Shown piece by piece: positions 63,028-64,000 of a stretch of 64,000 bases of DNA. The stretch's first letter is position 1, and each line of letters opens with the position of its first letter. A program made the position numbers and the translations under genes. The notes beneath the pieces were generated by a model, which did not search any database, had not been told where the DNA came from, and was given only the letters and a program-made list of their open reading frames with translations. Source of the DNA: an uncultured Alphaproteobacteria bacterium (GTDB lineage: Bacteria; Pseudomonadota; Alphaproteobacteria; ATCC43930; CGMCC-115725); NCBI GenBank assembly GCA_963845735.1, contig CAWJTR010000001.1:241919-305918 (forward strand). Direction: 5' to 3'.

Positions 63028-63047
63028 GATATCGAAAATAGATATCG
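63028..63047. promoter_or_regulatory. Paired GATATCG motifs 9-28 nt upstream of the hicA start (candidate HicB operator)
   Basis: GATATCG at 63028-63034 and at 63041-63047, 13 bp apart. Each contains the palindrome GATATC. Confidence 0.3.
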
Positions 63048-63218
63048 CTAAGAACCGAATCAATGCCCTCATGCCGGATCGCGGTTTGACTTTCGCGGGC
63101 GGCCGGTTGTACCTTTTGGCGCTTCCTGAGAATGCGGGCGAAGTCGCCCCGGCCCCGCCACCTTCGTGCGCGGACAGCCCTATCGGGACAACAACAACAT
63201 GAAACGGACCCATATCTG

Positions 63219-63836
63219 ATGAGCAGCAAGCGTCAGGAACCGAAATACAAGATCAACCGCCGTCTCGGCGTCAACCTGTGGGGCCGGCCCAAAAGCCCAC
63301 TCAATCGTCGCGAATACGGCCCCGGCCAGCACGGCCAGCGGCGCAAGAAGCCGTCGGATTTCGGCACGCAGCTGGCTGCCAAACAAAAGCTGAAGGGCTA
63401 CTACGCCAATCTTGGCGAGCGTCAGTTCCGCCGGCTCTATGAGGAAGCAGTGCGCCGCCGCGGCGACACCGGCGACAATCTGATCGAGCTGCTCGAACGC
63501 CGGCTCGACGCGGTCGTCTATCGCATGAAGCTGGTGCCGACACCGTTTGCCGCGCGCCAGTTGGTCAATCACGGGCATGTCCGGGTCAACAGCCGGCGGG
63601 TGACGATCCCGTCCTATCTGGTTCGCGATGGCGACGAAATCGAGCTCGGCGCCAAGGCCAAGGCGATGGCGCTCGTGCTCGAGGCGGCGAAGTCGGGCGA
63701 GCGGGACGTTCCCGACTATGTCGAGATCGACCACGACCGCATGAAGGGCCGCTTCATCCGCGCGCCCAAGCCCGGCGACGTGCCCTATCCGGTAACGATG
63801 GAGCCCAATCTCGTCGTCGAATACTACTCGCGCTGA
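63219..63836 (+). CDS. rpsD: 30S ribosomal protein S4
   Basis: [27 protein letters not shown]...S4 domain [33 protein letters not shown], 205 aa. Confidence 0.96.
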   Translation: MSSKRQEPKYKINRRLGVNLWGRPKSPLNRREYGPGQHGQRRKKPSDFGTQLAAKQKLKGYYANLGERQFRRLYEEAVRRRGDTGDNLIELLERRLDAVVYRMKLVPTPFAARQLVNHGHVRVNSRRVTIPSYLVRDGDEIELGAKAKAMALVLEAAKSGERDVPDYVEIDHDRMKGRFIRAPKPGDVPYPVTMEPNLVVEYYSR

Positions 63837-64000
63837 ACACGGCTGCGATGCCGGTGGATCGTGGTGATCCGCCGGCCGAGGGTTCGCCGCCAGGCACGGC
63901 CTGCCGGTCGAAAGCCTGCGCGCCCCAAGCGGCTTTTTCGTGGGGGCGATCCTGCTGTCCGACCCCGTAGCCGGCGGCGACGCGCTTGGCTCGTCCCGTG

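Noticed and set aside
63837-64000. Possible gene start after rpsD (ATG ~63849, 50 codons)
   Set aside because: The ORF is short and Pro/Cys-rich with no motif, and it ends before the window edge. I treat it as non-coding.

Overview
High-GC (about 66-68%) chromosomal segment whose gene content and order look alphaproteobacterial. Most of it is conserved housekeeping synteny. On the minus strand: phzF-like, thiD, glmM, ftsH, tilS, then ybgF-pal-tolB-tolA-tolR-tolQ, ruvBAC, a YebC-family regulator, a YmdB-like phosphoesterase, a candidate 6S RNA, zapA and a DUF4164 gene. Further on: gap; pyrB-pyrC'-plsY-dprA-topA-rnr-(S41 peptidase)-rpmG; an ada module; typA and rpsD. Between these sit accessory catabolic genes (LLM/F420-type oxidoreductases, amidohydrolases, formamidase, MlrC, MFS transporters).

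Four things stand out:
1. A ~1.9 kb low-GC (~45%) islet at 23.9-25.8 kb carries an ABC-type ATPase fused to a TOPRIM/DUF4435-like nuclease domain (OLD / PARIS AriA-AriB type). A single in-frame TGA splits it inside the nuclease domain. This is the best candidate for a defence system.
2. A signal-peptide-bearing EndoU-family RNase toxin-like gene is translationally coupled to a small unknown ORF, a candidate toxin/immunity pair (50.2-51.0 kb).
3. A hicA-hicB toxin-antitoxin pair lies between typA and rpsD.
4. About 30 single-nucleotide frame breaks, mostly +1 insertions, plus two in-frame TGAs interrupt about 20 otherwise well-conserved genes. gap alone has eight. This looks more like consensus indel error than biology, but it needs read-level verification.

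I found no rRNA, tRNA, CRISPR array, transposase or integrase. All functional calls come from motif and family recognition by eye; no searches were run.
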